Positions 11,812 to 25,300 are shown, counted from the first letter of the whole stretch. The stretch: 63,598 nt of DNA, filler included, from Kipferlia bialata (GCA_003568945.1; 7 parts of 6 records of this genome joined end to end with filler, not necessarily neighbours in it); one strand, 5' to 3'. Notes: generated by a model not told the origin, from the sequence alone. Made by a program: numbers and translations.

Positions 11812-13561
11812 ATGGGAAGAGTAGGAAAGGAACTCAATGCCTTGCCTGCAAGTGTCAAGAAGGCAGTGTCTCGCATTCGAAAGACTGCAGGTGTGTCCCA
11901 AGAATTGTTTCTATTTTCGTCCCATTCTTTCATCTCACTCTCGTCTCACACTCACCCTCCAGCCACTACTGCCGGCAGCTTTGACATGTTCCCTGAGGGA
12001 GAGAAGGTGCATATTAATGTACATCTTAGGCGTATCGGCCAAAGTATGAGCACTCACTCAAATTAGTGGTCCACATTGGTCATACCATATCTCTTACACC
12101 CAGGTGCTTCTGGGGCTCAGTGGGGGCAAGGACTCCTGGGTGCTGCTCCACTGGATGCTGTACTCACAGAGGGTGGCAGCCAAGAAGTTTGAGATTGAGG
12201 TGGGTTGTGCCTGGGTTGACTTCTCCAGACCCATTGTCAAGCACATTCATATAAGGCTTTGTAGCTTGCTTACACACAGGCAGTCATTATCGACCCAGGA
12301 TTCGAGGGATTCAGGTCCCAGGAGGTGCATGACTACTGCAGGTAAGCCCCCCCCCCCCCCTCCTCCCCCCTCTCCCCTCCCTATTGCCTACTCTCTCCTA
12401 TATGGTCATACAATAGTCTCTTCTACTCCGAAGTGTATATTATGCCTCACCCCCCAGGGATGTGCTGGGTGTCAAGGTGACCATCATCAAGGAGGACTTC
12501 AACCCCATCATTGACCAGTACAACAGCAGGCCAGGTGCGATATTACTCTCTGGCTGGCATATATATGAACTCTATGTCTCTGCCTCTGTCTCTGTCTCCT
12601 CTTCTATCCTGTAACCCATCGGGCTTCTACTTATGCCCGTGCCACTCTTCCGCCTTCATTGATATTAGTTCATCCCGCTCTCTCTGTTTTTCCTCCCTCA
12701 CCCAGGCCAGTCCTACTGCTCCTTCTGTGCCCGTCTCAGAAGGGGTTGCCTCTACACCTACTGTGTGCGCAATGGCATCAAGACCATGGCCCTTGGACAC
12801 CACATGGACGACGCCCTCAACGTACGTTACTTTGGGCCTCTCTTCCCTCCTGTCTTCTTCCCTCCCCCCTCACCCCCCAGACCATGCTGCTCAACATCAC
12901 GAGGTGCGGCAGGATGGCGTCCATGCCCCCCGTGCTCCATGCCGATGACTATGACATCGCAGTGGTGCGCCCCTTCATCAAGACGGCCGAGGCAGACATC
13001 AGGACATACTCGAGGTACCTGGAGAGGGAGCAGGGCATGCCCATCGTGTCCTGCTCCTGCCCCTATGCAGGACAGCCCGAGCACGGCAGGGTCATATCGG
13101 CCAAGATACTCGAGGTGGGTGTGAGTGTCTATCTCTTACACACTCTCTGCCTTGCCACCCCCCTCACCCCAGTCCATCGAGCAGACTGTGCCCGGTGCCA
13201 AGTGGAGCATGGTGCAGGCACTCGGCAACATCGCCCCCAGGTTCATGCACGACACCAAGCTCCACCCCTTCACAGAGAGGCCAACTGACAGGTACTGGGA
13301 TCGAGTATACATATCTGGATACTGAGTGTATATGGAGTGTCTCACCCCAGGACCTTCAAGCAGATCCGCCCCCACGGTCCCCCAGTAAAGAGGGCACCCA
13401 AGGACACGGATGCCAAGGGGGAGACTACCGTCACTGAGGGGGCTGAGGCGCCAGCAGTAGAGCAGACAGCCCCCCTTGAGGTAGAGGTCCCATGCCCTGC
13501 CTCTGCCTGTGCCGGGTGTCCAATGGCCAGAGGCTGTGGCGGCTGTGGCAAGGCTGAGTGA
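11812..13561 (+). CDS. ttcA: tRNA 2-thiocytidine(32) biosynthesis protein TtcA, bacterial type, with about 8 introns
   Basis: Spliced product: FDMFPEGEK|VLLGLSGGKDS (PP-loop), YCSFCARLRRGCLY, ALGHHMDD, MASMPPVLHADDYDIAVVRPF, IVSCSCPY, SMVQALGNIAP. There is no N-terminal zinc finger of the TtuA/Ncs6 type. Confidence 0.88.
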
Positions 13562-13776
13562 GACCGAATCCGTTACCACTTTCAGATACCACTCACGACC
13601 TGTGGCTAGTTTCATACACGGGTACTGAGCAATTCGTATGCATATAGATATTAACTAATACCACCGTATCTGGGAATTTTCATGAATACTAAGCCTGTAT
13701 CTGTGTTCTATATGTTATATATAGAACATATATATTGTTCTGTTGTATACTCGTACACAGATAATGCAATGAAAAG

Positions 13777-13839
13777 TACTCCGAGCGGGGCTCGAACCCG
13801 CGACCTTCGGTGCATAAGACCGACGCTCTACCAACTAAG
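13777..13839 (-). tRNA. tRNA-Ile(UAU), intronless, 5' end truncated by the contig break
   Basis: Reverse complement reads CTTAGTTGGTAGAGCG-TCGGT-CTTATGC-ACCGA-AGGTC-GCGGGTTCGAGCCCCGC-TCGGAGTA. This gives a D arm, an anticodon stem with TAT and a T arm, followed by CTTTTC (Pol III terminator). Confidence 0.92.
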
Positions 13840-13939
13840 NNNNNNNNNNNNNNNNNNNNNNNNNNNNNNNNNNNNNNNNNNNNTTAATTAATTAANNNNN
13901 NNNNNNNNNNNNNNNNNNNNNNNNNNNNNNNNNNNNNNN
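13840..13939. other. Artificial contig linker
   Basis: N-TTAATTAATTAA-N. Confidence 0.97.
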
Positions 13940-14063
13940 AAAGACTAGAGGGAGGGGGGGGGAGGGGGGGGGGGGGGGGGGGGGGGGGGGTACACACACT
14001 GATTGTTATACTTCCAATGCAGCTAGAGAGCTCGTGGCCCTGTATATAGAAACCTCCCTATAC

Positions 14064-14343
14064 CTGTGAGCACTGCTATCTGGGCCCTCAGCGCCTCCTC
14101 CTCCATGTCATACAGAGGCTGCTGCTTGGGTGCGCCAAAGCTACCAGAGAGACTACCGATAGGCTTGGCCAGGGAGAGCGAGTGGGACGCAGAGAGAGGA
14201 GCAGTGCTGCGGAAGTCCCTCTCCCCCACCCTGTTTGGCACCACCCCATTCTCAATGTCACGCATGACATCACGCTCCCGGTCACGCTCCCTGTCCGCCT
14301 GGGTGTAGGGGCCAGAGAGGCTCAGCGGAGAGTACGAGGACAT
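14064..14343 (-). CDS. First exon of a hypothetical protein (remainder off contig)
   Basis: MSSYSPLSLSGPYTQADRERDRERD...DMEEEALRAQIAVLT, then a GT donor. GC-rich coding-like composition. Confidence 0.6.
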
Positions 14344-14555
14344 GTCTCAACTTAAGATCCAGACTCTACAAGCGCTCTGCTGTGCAACTCGTCTTAAAGA
14401 AGAGAGGACACGAGTCGGTGTGTTTGTCAAAGGGTGTAGACGAAATTGTTGGTCTGAGGTGACCGTTGGAACGTCTCTCTCTCTCTATCCCTGACACTGG
14501 CGGCTGGATACTAGCTTGAGACAGCCCCCAACAGGTCTCTGTGTTCCCATTCCGG

Positions 14556-17166
14556 ATGGAGCCTCTCTGCTCGTTCGAGAGGCTCAACCCTCTGCTGCAG
14601 GTAATCGGGACAGTCCGACTCTATCTCTACTGCATATTGGGTATATATATATATATATCATCTCTCTCCTCCATGGTATTCGTTGCGGCACGCCCATATG
14701 ACCCTATTGTGTGATACTTAGCTGTATAGTTGTCTACATCTCTAGATACTTCCTCTGGGCGTTGGTATGTATCAATGATCTAATTTGGTACCGGTACCAA
14801 CATATCCTATTTGTAGTCTGCTGCCAATTGTCCCTACATATCGCTGAAGCCCTTGTAATTGCACACTTATACTCCAATCCCACATATTTACTGTGTTATT
14901 TGCCCATAACGATCTCATTCGCATAAATGGATGACATAATTGGGATCACTCTTACCCCCTTCTCTTATACCAGGGTAGCTACGTCCTTCCACTGGGCGAA
15001 GAGAAGGTTCAGAACTGGAAGACAGGTTGGTAGCAAATATATATTGAGTGTATTGTGTGAATACAGTTACTCACTATATATGTGACCTGTTTTGTGTTAC
15101 TGTAGTACCCTGACCCCCTAGGTGTGCCCAGAGTGGCCTATGTACATGTGCACTCCCTGTGCTTCCAGAGTGGCGCGTCTCTATTTGGCAAGGGGCTCTC
15201 AGTGGGGGCCAAGATTGTAGACAGGTATACTCTCTCTCTCTTTCTGGACCTCAGTTTAGGTATACTTCACTGGATTTATGCAGCAATGTCACCCTGCTCC
15301 TCTCTTATACTCAGGTCACGCACTGTGCTCTCCTCTCCCTTTTGTGTGGGTTCTTCCCTCCCTGCCTCTCCCCCTCCTCTCTCCCAGGGGCCATTCCCAT
15401 CAGGTATGACCTGGATGAGTATGTGATACCGTGCTGTATATATATCCCGTACAGTCAGTCTCGCCAGTCTCTCACTCTATTTAGCTATATATGGTAAATA
15501 TGGTGATTGTGGCAGTGTCTGTTGCTGTACTTTGACTGACGTCCCAGCATACTCCCTCAGCCACTCCCAGGCATCGGTCCTGCCACTGCTCCCAGTGCAG
15601 GTACAGTTCCATGTATATGTTGCATGTAGTTACATCCTCTATTTCTGCGTTTTAGAAGATAGTGGTACCCCCCCCCCCTCACCCCTCAGGCCCCTGTGTC
15701 CCTTCTGTTTGCCTTGACATACAAGCACTCACTGAGGGAGACAGCCACACCCACGCTCAGGTACCACAGTGAATACACATACTCTCTCTCTCTCTTATTG
15801 TTTCTCTCTCTCTGTGTGTGTGTGTGTATATACACTATACCTCTGACCCCAGGATCTCCATCTGCACTGTGGAGACGCATTATCTCTCTCTCTCTCTCTC
15901 TCTCTGTATTTATACACGCATTAGTATATACACTATACCTCTGACCCCAGGATCTCCATCTGCACTGTGAAGACACATTCTCTCTCTCTCTGTATATATA
16001 TACGTATTAGTATATACTATACCTCTGACCCCAGGATCTCCATCTGCACTGTGAAGAAGACGAAGGTGGCAGCGGCATCAAACAGAGAGGAGAGGGAGAG
16101 AGAGAAGGAGAGAGAGAAGGAGAGGGGAAGGGAGAGAGAGACGGCAGATGATGCCCCAGACCATGTAGGGGAGAGAGAGACAGGGGCTGTGGACATTAAG
16201 GTGGGTTGTGTCCGTACCAGTCTTTCCTTCTCCGTCTCTATCCCTCTCTGACTGTCAGGGCTGCAAGAAGGCTGAGGTGCTGACGTGCAACATAGACCTG
16301 TCCTCTCTGATGAAGGGAGGCGCACTCACCCACACCACACTCACACTCACACCGGTGGGGGGGAGCAAGGTGAGGCTCTCTCTCATACTAAAATGCCCTA
16401 TGCTCTACTACTCTGTCTCCACCCCTCTTACCCCAGGGTAAGTCCCGCCTGACTGACTCTGACCCCTCGCCCTCCCTCTCCATCGGAGTGTCCCTGGCAT
16501 CTCTGGCCATAGACACCCCGCTCACAAAGGTGTGATAAACAGGGAGGCATATACGGTGGTGTTGCCTCTGTTAGTATTTACGTTGTTATTACTTCTCTCT
16601 GTACTCACCCCCAGGTCGAGTCCATCCTGGCCCCTCAGTCCCCCTCCCCCACCGACCCCCTTCTCCCCATGCTACCCCCCTTGCATGCCCTGCTGGCAGA
16701 CATATCCCCAAAGGTAGGGGGTGTACTCTATATATATATATATATCTACCCTGTTCACCACACATCCTCACACCAGGAGACCTCCAGGTTATGCAGGTAC
16801 CACCAGTACCTGGCACCATTGCTGCAGGAGGTGGCAGAGAGGGAGAGAGAGAGAGAGAGAGAGAAGAGACGCAGGGGCAAGGCCGCCAAGAGTGTGTCGG
16901 ATGCCGATGCCTCCCTCGCCCTCTCCCTCTCCCACCTCTCCCTCAGTGCCTCGGACCACAAGCAGCCATTGACAGAGCTAGTCCCTCTGCCAGAACTACT
17001 GGAGAGAGAGAAGTCTGGCCACAGGGAGAGGGAGAGAGACAGAGACAGAGACAGAGACAGGGAGGGAGGCCTGTCAGAGACTGAGTCTGACGAGGGGTCC
17101 CTCTCCATGTCTTTCTGGCCCCCATCCCAGACACACACAGACTCTGCCTACTTTGACTTCGCTTGA
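14556..17166 (+). CDS. Multi-exon protein with a possible PACS-1/2-like N-terminal domain and Arg/Glu-rich segments
   Basis: Spliced: MEPLCSFERLNPLLQ|GSYVLPLGEEKVQNWKT|GVPRVAYVHVHSLCF...GAKIVDR|SRTVLSSPF...PVSLLFALTYKHSLRETATPTLR|ISICTVKK...NIDLSSLM...DSAYFDFA*. The gene itself is well supported. The PACS similarity is judged from memory only. Confidence 0.55.
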
Positions 17167-17574
17167 CTTCCCTTTGGTTTCAACGGATCGACCTATGGTG
17201 GTTTGAGTGTCTCCGTGTCCTTTATGTCGGAGATTTGTTATACTTTCGGTAGTGTGGTTAGGTTGTATTGTTGCTAGTGTATTTGGTGTCATTGGATCTT
17301 TAATGATCGGAGAGTTTATAGATTGGAACTCTGTATGATATTTCAGCCATGTCTTGTATTCGGACCGGGTCTTATGGTTTGGGCCAACAGGAGCCACTGT
17401 AAGATGTCTAGACCTACTCCACACAAAAGTTTGACCCCCCCCCCCCCCCCCCCCCCCAACTCCCCCAATCCAATCACCTCTCCCATTACTACACTATTCT
17501 CACTTCACTATACCTCCTGATATCCAGGACAACTCAGCTTAACTAACCTGCAAAGACTCAGATCTAGTGCTACT

Positions 17575-19243
17575 ATGGGCGACAAGAGGATTGCATTCCA
17601 GACGCATGGCTTTGCCGTTGTGGTGTGCCGCCATCCTGTGTCAGGTATGCTCATTAAAAGTGACCCAGTCTGAGAATTACTAGTATATATATAGAATTAC
17701 TAGTATACTAATATATACAATACATCTTTTGAAGCTATACTTAGGATCCACACAACTCCATTCCTCATCATACACAAAGAATGTATATACGAAAGAAGGA
17801 ATGGTCCTAATCCCATAGGCAAGTTCCTCGCTGTGTCTGAGTCCAGAGGCCGCGGCTGGTGGCTGCCTGCCGGCCATGTCGACTACGGCCAGACCTTTGT
17901 GGAGGCTGCACTGAGAGAGACACAGGAGGAGGCAGGTATCAATACCATATACATACATATATATACTATATATATGCATAAGACTGAATCAGTAGTGTAA
18001 GTATAAGTTATACTGATACTGGTATTGCACTCAGGGAGACACAGGAGGAGGGAGGTATCATATACATACATATATACTACTGAATCAGTTGTATCAGTAT
18101 ATGTAATACTGATTCTGGTACTGTCCTGAGAGAGACAGGAGGAAACAGGTATGAGTGGCATATGCATATATACAAAGTATATGTGTATCCAGTAACTTCC
18201 GACACTGATACAGCCCTAAGAGAGATACGGGAGGAGAGAGGAATCAGTGTCATGCATATATATATATATATATATATATATACGTTCTCTCTCTATATAA
18301 ATATACACACTACTCATACTGATGGCAGGTGTTGATGTGACACTCAAGGGTGTACTGGCCGTGGAGCACTCCCTGACATCCCCCGAGACAGCCAGGATGA
18401 GGGTCATATTCTACGCGGAACCCACCGACATCCACCAGGCACCTAAGAGCAAGCCAGACAGGGAGTCTGAGGGGGCAGAGTGGCTCTCCATCCCAGAGAT
18501 TGAGGCTAAGAGGGGGCTGCCACTGCCACATGGCCTCAGGGGTGAGGAGCTCTTGCGGTGGGGTGTGTATGTTGCTGGAGGCGGTGTGATAGGGCCCCTG
18601 ACAGTGTCTAGGAGTGGCAGGTACGAGGGCATATTCAGGCTGAATGATCCAGGCCCGGTGTACGTAGGGACTGCCGCAGAGGCTGTTGAGAGAGGCCTCT
18701 CGTCCCCTAGCCACATGCAGCAGAGTGGCATAGATACAGCCAATCTAGACAGACATGAGGGTGCCAAGCAGTGGACCCCTCTCCACAGAGCGGTGGCAGA
18801 TGGGGCGGAAGAGCGGGTTCGGTCCCTGCTGCTGGCTGGTGCCAAGCCTGATGGGAGGACACACAAGGTCAGGGTCATTGATACAGCTGAGATCTCATAT
18901 ATATAGAAGTACATACTCATATATATATCAGTAGTATACGCTCAGGATGTATAGTTCACAAACCATCCTTACCCAGGGAAGAACTGCACTTCACTTCGCG
19001 GTGAGCCGCAACAACGACGTGATAGTGAGACTCCTCCTATTGGCAGGTGCTACATATATTTACGAATATTTACCCCAATGCAACAGTATCAGTATTTGTT
19101 TGTATATTGTATGTATAGTATGATACTGACACTCAGGTGCTGACCCTTGTGCAGCCGATTCAGAGGGTAGAACACCGGCGGATATCGCAGACAGTGTCGG
19201 CGATGACAAGGTGCTGAGGCTCATCCAGCTATCGAGGGAATAG
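17575..19243 (+). CDS. Nudix hydrolase (NUDT18-like) fused to C-terminal ankyrin repeats
   Basis: Nudix box WWLPAGHVDYGQTFVEAALRETQEEA|GV. Ankyrin repeats WTPLHRAVADG...LLLAGA, GRTALHFAV...IVRLLLLAG|AD and GRTPADIA. Confidence 0.9.
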
Positions 19244-19404
19244 AGGCGCAGATTGTTACTTGCTGGACAATTGTATATCTTAATTATATCCCACTCTTCC
19301 GAATCCCACATTTCATCGAGTGAACCCTTTTGTACTTTTTGCTTGTCAAACATCCAACATGGACTCATGACATCTCTCTTACAGTCCCATAGCATCCCAC
19401 TGAT

Positions 19405-21923
19405 ATGCCACCGGAGGGAGGGCACGAAGGGGACCGTTCTTCAGGACACCGCCGGCGCAGCACTAACGCAGAAAAGACAACAGAGGACCGGTTGAGAGTG
19501 GGAAGAGAGCCGACTAAAGGGAGTGAATGTCCGTCTGACAAGTCTAGTAACGAGACATATTTGCCACAGGTACCTGTACCACTTGAGTCTAAGCCCACAA
19601 ACACTGAGATGGAGATGGATATAGATGCAGGGACACGCCAGGTGTGTCTCTTTGACTCCACTCTTGCGTGCCACTATATACTTGTCACTCAGCTATCTAC
19701 AGTTGTCAGTGACTATTTGTCAACCCTTTAGTTGGGCCAACATTTGTCGTACTTTCTTGGTATCCTGTGGCAGTGTGACCTAACTCCCCAGACACCCGGA
19801 GATCACACTACTCCTGACCAGGGGTCTGACACCATGCCTCTAAGCCACTTGTGTGCCATGACTACCTGTGACGAGACGTTCCCTACACTAGGTAACTGGA
19901 CATTGCAATACATGCCGAACCCACGTCTGCAAACTCCCTATCTTTTTTAACCCCAGCCCTCCTCCACGCCCACTACAAAGCTGTCCACGATGACCTCCCC
20001 TACCAGTGTCCTGCCCCGGGTAAGGATGGCACAGTGTGTGGGATACGGTTCCAGACAAGAGGTACATACAGTGGGAGAGATACTCGTATACTGATATCAT
20101 ACTCTAGTGGTAATATCGGTACTGATACCCACCCCAGAGTTGCTGGGTTTCCACCTCACAACACATCGAGAGGCAGACAAGTCCCATCTGGGGGTTATGC
20201 AAGGTAAAGGTCTCGGCCAACCACGGACGTATATATATCCTCACTCACCCATACATTGCAAACAGTGGGAGTATCAATACCTATAGTACTCGTGACACTA
20301 GTAGGGACGCTATGTGTGGGGGTCATGGCTAGTGAGTCTTCTTATAATGGCCGAAGCAACTGACCCCAGAGCGTCTGTCGCTCCAACACAGCGATACACA
20401 CGAAACACTTCCCTACGATTGCCGTTCCAAGAACGGAGACGGCACTGTGTGTGGCATGAGATTCGGTACAAGAGGTATGTAAGCGACATTCTGACGTTAC
20501 ATCGCCCCAGCAACAGGACTCTCACTCCATACATGCTCTTCTCGCACATAGCCAATGCACACAGCACGCGCAGGTATACCCGACGCACTAAGACCTATCC
20601 CTGCTCGATGTGTGAGGAGACGTTCAACACACACGGTGAGACACTAGTCCCTCAAACCGTCACCGTCTTCATAGTTTAGTGAGGGGCAACCGGCGGATTG
20701 GGGTGAAGTTGTGCTCTCGTATGTATTTGCTTTCGTGCCCTTCGGTATCATAGTGGCATCACTCTAATATCCAGAGCTCTACATGGCCCATCGGAAGACC
20801 CACCGCAATGAAGTGCTTACGTGCCACCTGTGCCCCAAAGAGTACTCTTGCCACGTGAGTTACAAACTAACATTCCTTCCTACATAGCTCAGTGAAGACA
20901 CAGATATTCAGTCTGAAATTTATGATCGATATGCTCATTCTTTAGGGGAGTCTAAGATGCCATATCGTCAGTGCACATTGTGGAGTGAGATACCAGTGTC
21001 CATGCTGTAAGAGGTTAGTATGAATGCAACATGGTTGATACAAATATGAGTCGTTCCTTCTGTGCGCCAGACTGACACCGTCAGTTAGTTGAGCTTAGGT
21101 CACCCAACTGTAGGTTCTGTTCTCTCCCAGTGTATCTATCATAGTGATACTACTAATATCGTGACTATTCTCAGTGTCAATACTTGTCCACGTTGACTCT
21201 GAGACTCAGGACCTACACTCTAAGACATGGTGTGTCAGCGCACATGGAGAGGAATCACCCCTCTGTAGACATCAATGTAAGTCATTGGTAGAATACGCTA
21301 GATATTTCTATTGGGATGTATTATTTCTGGATCAACTCTTCCTATCGCATGTGTTCTTCATCGCAGGAGACGCCACCCATATGTGTCAGGGTCAATGTCC
21401 ACGGTGATATCGTAGGTGTACTGGATTCAGATGCCCTCAGGACTCTCATTGGCCCACACATCGCATCAGTAGCTTCCTCTGTGTCAGGCTCGGATAAGGA
21501 TCCAGAAAACAAGGTCAGTGTCTCGGAGCAAGACTCAGGGTGTGGAATAGTAGCATCGTCACTTGTGGTTGGGTATATGGTATGGTCGCCCGTGATAATT
21601 GTCAAGTATGCAAATACCCTTGCATTTCCATGTGTTATGTGGTAAGAGTCGTTAAGAACGGGTTGTTACACACCAGTGGCATCAGGACTCGAAGCATCTC
21701 ACTTCATTCCTTGATTGACGATGAAGTCATATGTATATGGTGTTGGCTCAATAGTAATGTCCCAATGTATATGTTATGTATGAATTGTTTATAGCGTGCT
21801 ACTTATTACAAGGCTCCTGTTCCGAAGCCCTTTGTGTGTATCGAGTGTGACAAGTCATACGCAAGCACATATCGTCTCACTGACCATGTTGAGACAATAC
21901 ACAGGGGCAGGAGGTTGAAGTGC
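19405..21923 (+). CDS. Multi-C2H2 zinc-finger protein (3' end off contig)
   Basis: Fingers CAMTTCDETFPTL|ALLHAHYKAVH, YQCPAPGKDGTVCGIRF, YPCSMCEETFNTH, TCHLCPKEYSCH and FVCIECDKSYASTYRLTDHVETIH. Confidence 0.8.
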
Positions 21924-22023
21924 NNNNNNNNNNNNNNNNNNNNNNNNNNNNNNNNNNNNNNNNNNNNTTAATTAATTAANNNNNNNNNNNNNNNNNNNNN
22001 NNNNNNNNNNNNNNNNNNNNNNN
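21924..22023. other. Artificial contig linker
   Basis: N-TTAATTAATTAA-N. Confidence 0.97.
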
Positions 22024-22076
<53 letters not shown>

Positions 22077-22339
22077 CGAATACAGACGGGTAGGGGGAGG
22101 TGTGTGTGTAGGGCTGGGGAAGTAAGGCCCTGGAGTTAGATTAGATAGTGCAAAAGGATAGAGAGAGTGGAGGAAGAGAATCACTCTACATAAATGGAGT
22201 ACGTGAGAGAATCTAAGCAGTATCTACAATGGAAGCAATAATCGGTATATTATGGTATATACTAAATGTTTGAGAGTGTTTGAGGATGCTGAAGCAAGTA
22301 GACCAAGTCTTGGAGTGACAGGGAATGTCACATGTACCT

Positions 22340-25300
22340 GAAGTTGGCACCCCAGTCAGGTGGGGGAATGACATTGCCAGGGGGGCGGTACTGGATGGTC
22401 AGACACACACATGCATCGACATACATTAGTCGAGTGGTAATCAATCCTACATATAACAGTGACTATACAATGACATATTACTGTACTGATATCCTAACAT
22501 TGCCAGGTCATGAGGGTGGCAGGTAAGCCTACGTAACAGGGTCACAAGTGGTATTACAGTGGAAATGATATGTATATAGACATAGTAACAATATACACAA
22601 ACTAACAACACTGAATAACACGGTATTACCTTATGCCCAGAGTCGTGATTACCCACAGTCACTATCAGAGGCATCTCTCCCCTGGGGTTGAGAGGGTATG
22701 GCTAGACATGGATACACAGAGAGGGAATACCAAGGTCAATAAGGTATTTTGAGGATTACACACAGGGATCGTATATACATACCTTGTGATGCGTGACATT
22801 GTTGTTAGTTCAGACACCCAGGATAGGGGGTCAGTGCCTGGGGGGTAAGACTGGTACTAATAGTATTGATACTAGTAATCCTCCACACACATAAGTATAT
22901 AGTACTCGAGTATACCCTGGTCTGTGAGGTCCCCTGTGTGCAGCACTGCCTGATTCACTTCATATATATGTACACATTTTTATATATATATATATAGTAT
23001 ATATAGAGAGAGTGACATCCTATACATACCCTGATCTGTCAAGTCCCCTGTATGTAGCACTGCCTGGTACCCTCTGACCTCAGTGGGGAGGGTGCCTGCT
23101 GCAGTCTGAAGTGTTAGGAATACACACATACATATATACACATATCATATCTATAACCGCAGATAGAATAGATAGAACTCACCCTGTACTCTATCTCCTG
23201 CTGTGCCACTTGCGCATCTCTCTCCCTCTATTCACAGCAATATATAACACGACATGTGTATATAAAGTATAGATATATATACAGTCATACCCATGTATAT
23301 ATACAATCACACTCACCCTGTACTCTATCTCCTGCTGTGCCACTGTGACTGCAGAGTCCACATCCTCACCCCCATTCTGAGAGTGAGAGTTAGAGTAACA
23401 TATATCCTAGTATACATATATATCAAGACAGAGCACTAAGGTAGAAGCACATACTCACCCCCATTCTGGGGCTAACGTGAAAGAAAAAGATAGCTGGGGG
23501 AGATGATATGATCTATAAATATATATATATATCCTAGGTATCCTATACAATATCCCACCTGTGTGTCACTGAACCACAGGAAGTGTGTGCACTCATCCCA
23601 GAAGGAGGGGTTGTCTGGGGTGTTAGAGGACACGCCNNNNNNNNNNNNNNNNNNNNNNNNNNNNNNNNNNNNNNNNNNNNNNNNNNNNNNNNNNNNNNNN
23701 NNNNNNNNNNNNNNNNNNTATATACATGTATGATATATTAAGTAATAGTGTGTGCACTCATCCCAGAAGGAGGATAAATAGACACAGTCATGAGTGAGAC
23801 CTTAGTAGAGTCAGGGGCATACATATAGAATGCCTCACCGAATAGGTCAATAGTTGGAGGGATAACCACTGTCCTCTCCTCCCCGTGTGCAAAGTCAGGG
23901 ATCCTGTGTGTGAGTAAATACATACCAATATGAAGGAATATAGGAGAGAAATATCGTGAATGTCTACTGTCATCCCTCATATCTACCTGTACATATTGGT
24001 GTATGTCTCAGCCATTATAGTGACTGAGTGAAGGTATATATACCAAAATATACCAATTGTAGTATGATTCTACGTATATACCTATACTTAAAGGTGTATG
24101 TCTCAGCCGTCAAGGTCACTGAGTGTAAGTGCCCCCTCCTGCTGGTGCCACACACTGACACCCACTCAGTGTCAGTGCCAGTGTCAAGGTGCATGACATC
24201 AATGCAGGGGTCCATCTATGGGTAAGATTGCTGACAGGTATACTGGGATGGTAATTACATATCATACGTCAGACAGTGTCTGATACCTTCTGGTATGTCA
24301 TGTACTGTATGGTGACCATGTTGGGCACATCCTGGGAGGCAAGGAGGACTGGGGTAAGGAAAGAAAACTATATCTATACATTCATATCAATCTACATATA
24401 CGTTGGGCACATAGAAGTAAGTTTGAAGATACTCAGAATATAGGATATTGTAATGGGTCAGATTATATGATGGACATCACAAAAGAGAAAGAATCACGAA
24501 TTGAATAATAGAAGAAGGGTAACGTATAAATATTGAGAGGCAAGGAGAACTGAGTGAGTAAAGAGACACACAAATATGATTCTTATAGATTACCCACTAC
24601 ACATAGATACCTAGTGGGGGTATATTGGCCGGTCTCTGCATGATGCTGGTGGCACAAACAGGGCATATACATACACACAAATTGCTATGTCAATAGGTAT
24701 AGTTGACATAGTCTTATCGGCGTATGAATGCATGTAATTGCTAACCTAATGGTGGTATATTTGCAGGTCTCTGCATGATGCTGGGTGGCACAAACAGAGC
24801 ATACCAGCACAGGAAGAAGAGGAGGGTGAGGGAGAAGAGACTGGGGGTAAGAGAGAGAGTTGGATCTGACCACAAAAGTCAATTCAAAGCGAAAATGGAA
24901 CTGTGTACATACCTACATGCCCTGAGTCTGCACCTCTATCTCTCCCGTATATCAGAGAACAATAGTTACTTATACATATATACACATATATACCTGCATG
25001 CCCAGTTCCCACATGCCCTGAGCCTGCGTCCCTTCACCCTAGGCATGGGAGTGACAGCACCGGTCTGTAGTGTGAGGGAGATTGAGTAAGCCTTCATACT
25101 ATCCAGTGTGTCCTATATGTACATATAGGCTATATCATATGTATATTCCCGTGTATTCATATATCTACCTGCCACCTATGTATGTATTGTATTCATATAT
25201 CAAACCTCCTTGGGTCTATCATCAGTGTCAATCATACACACACATATATATACACTTATATATATACATATACATATATATATATGTAAATATACCTCCA

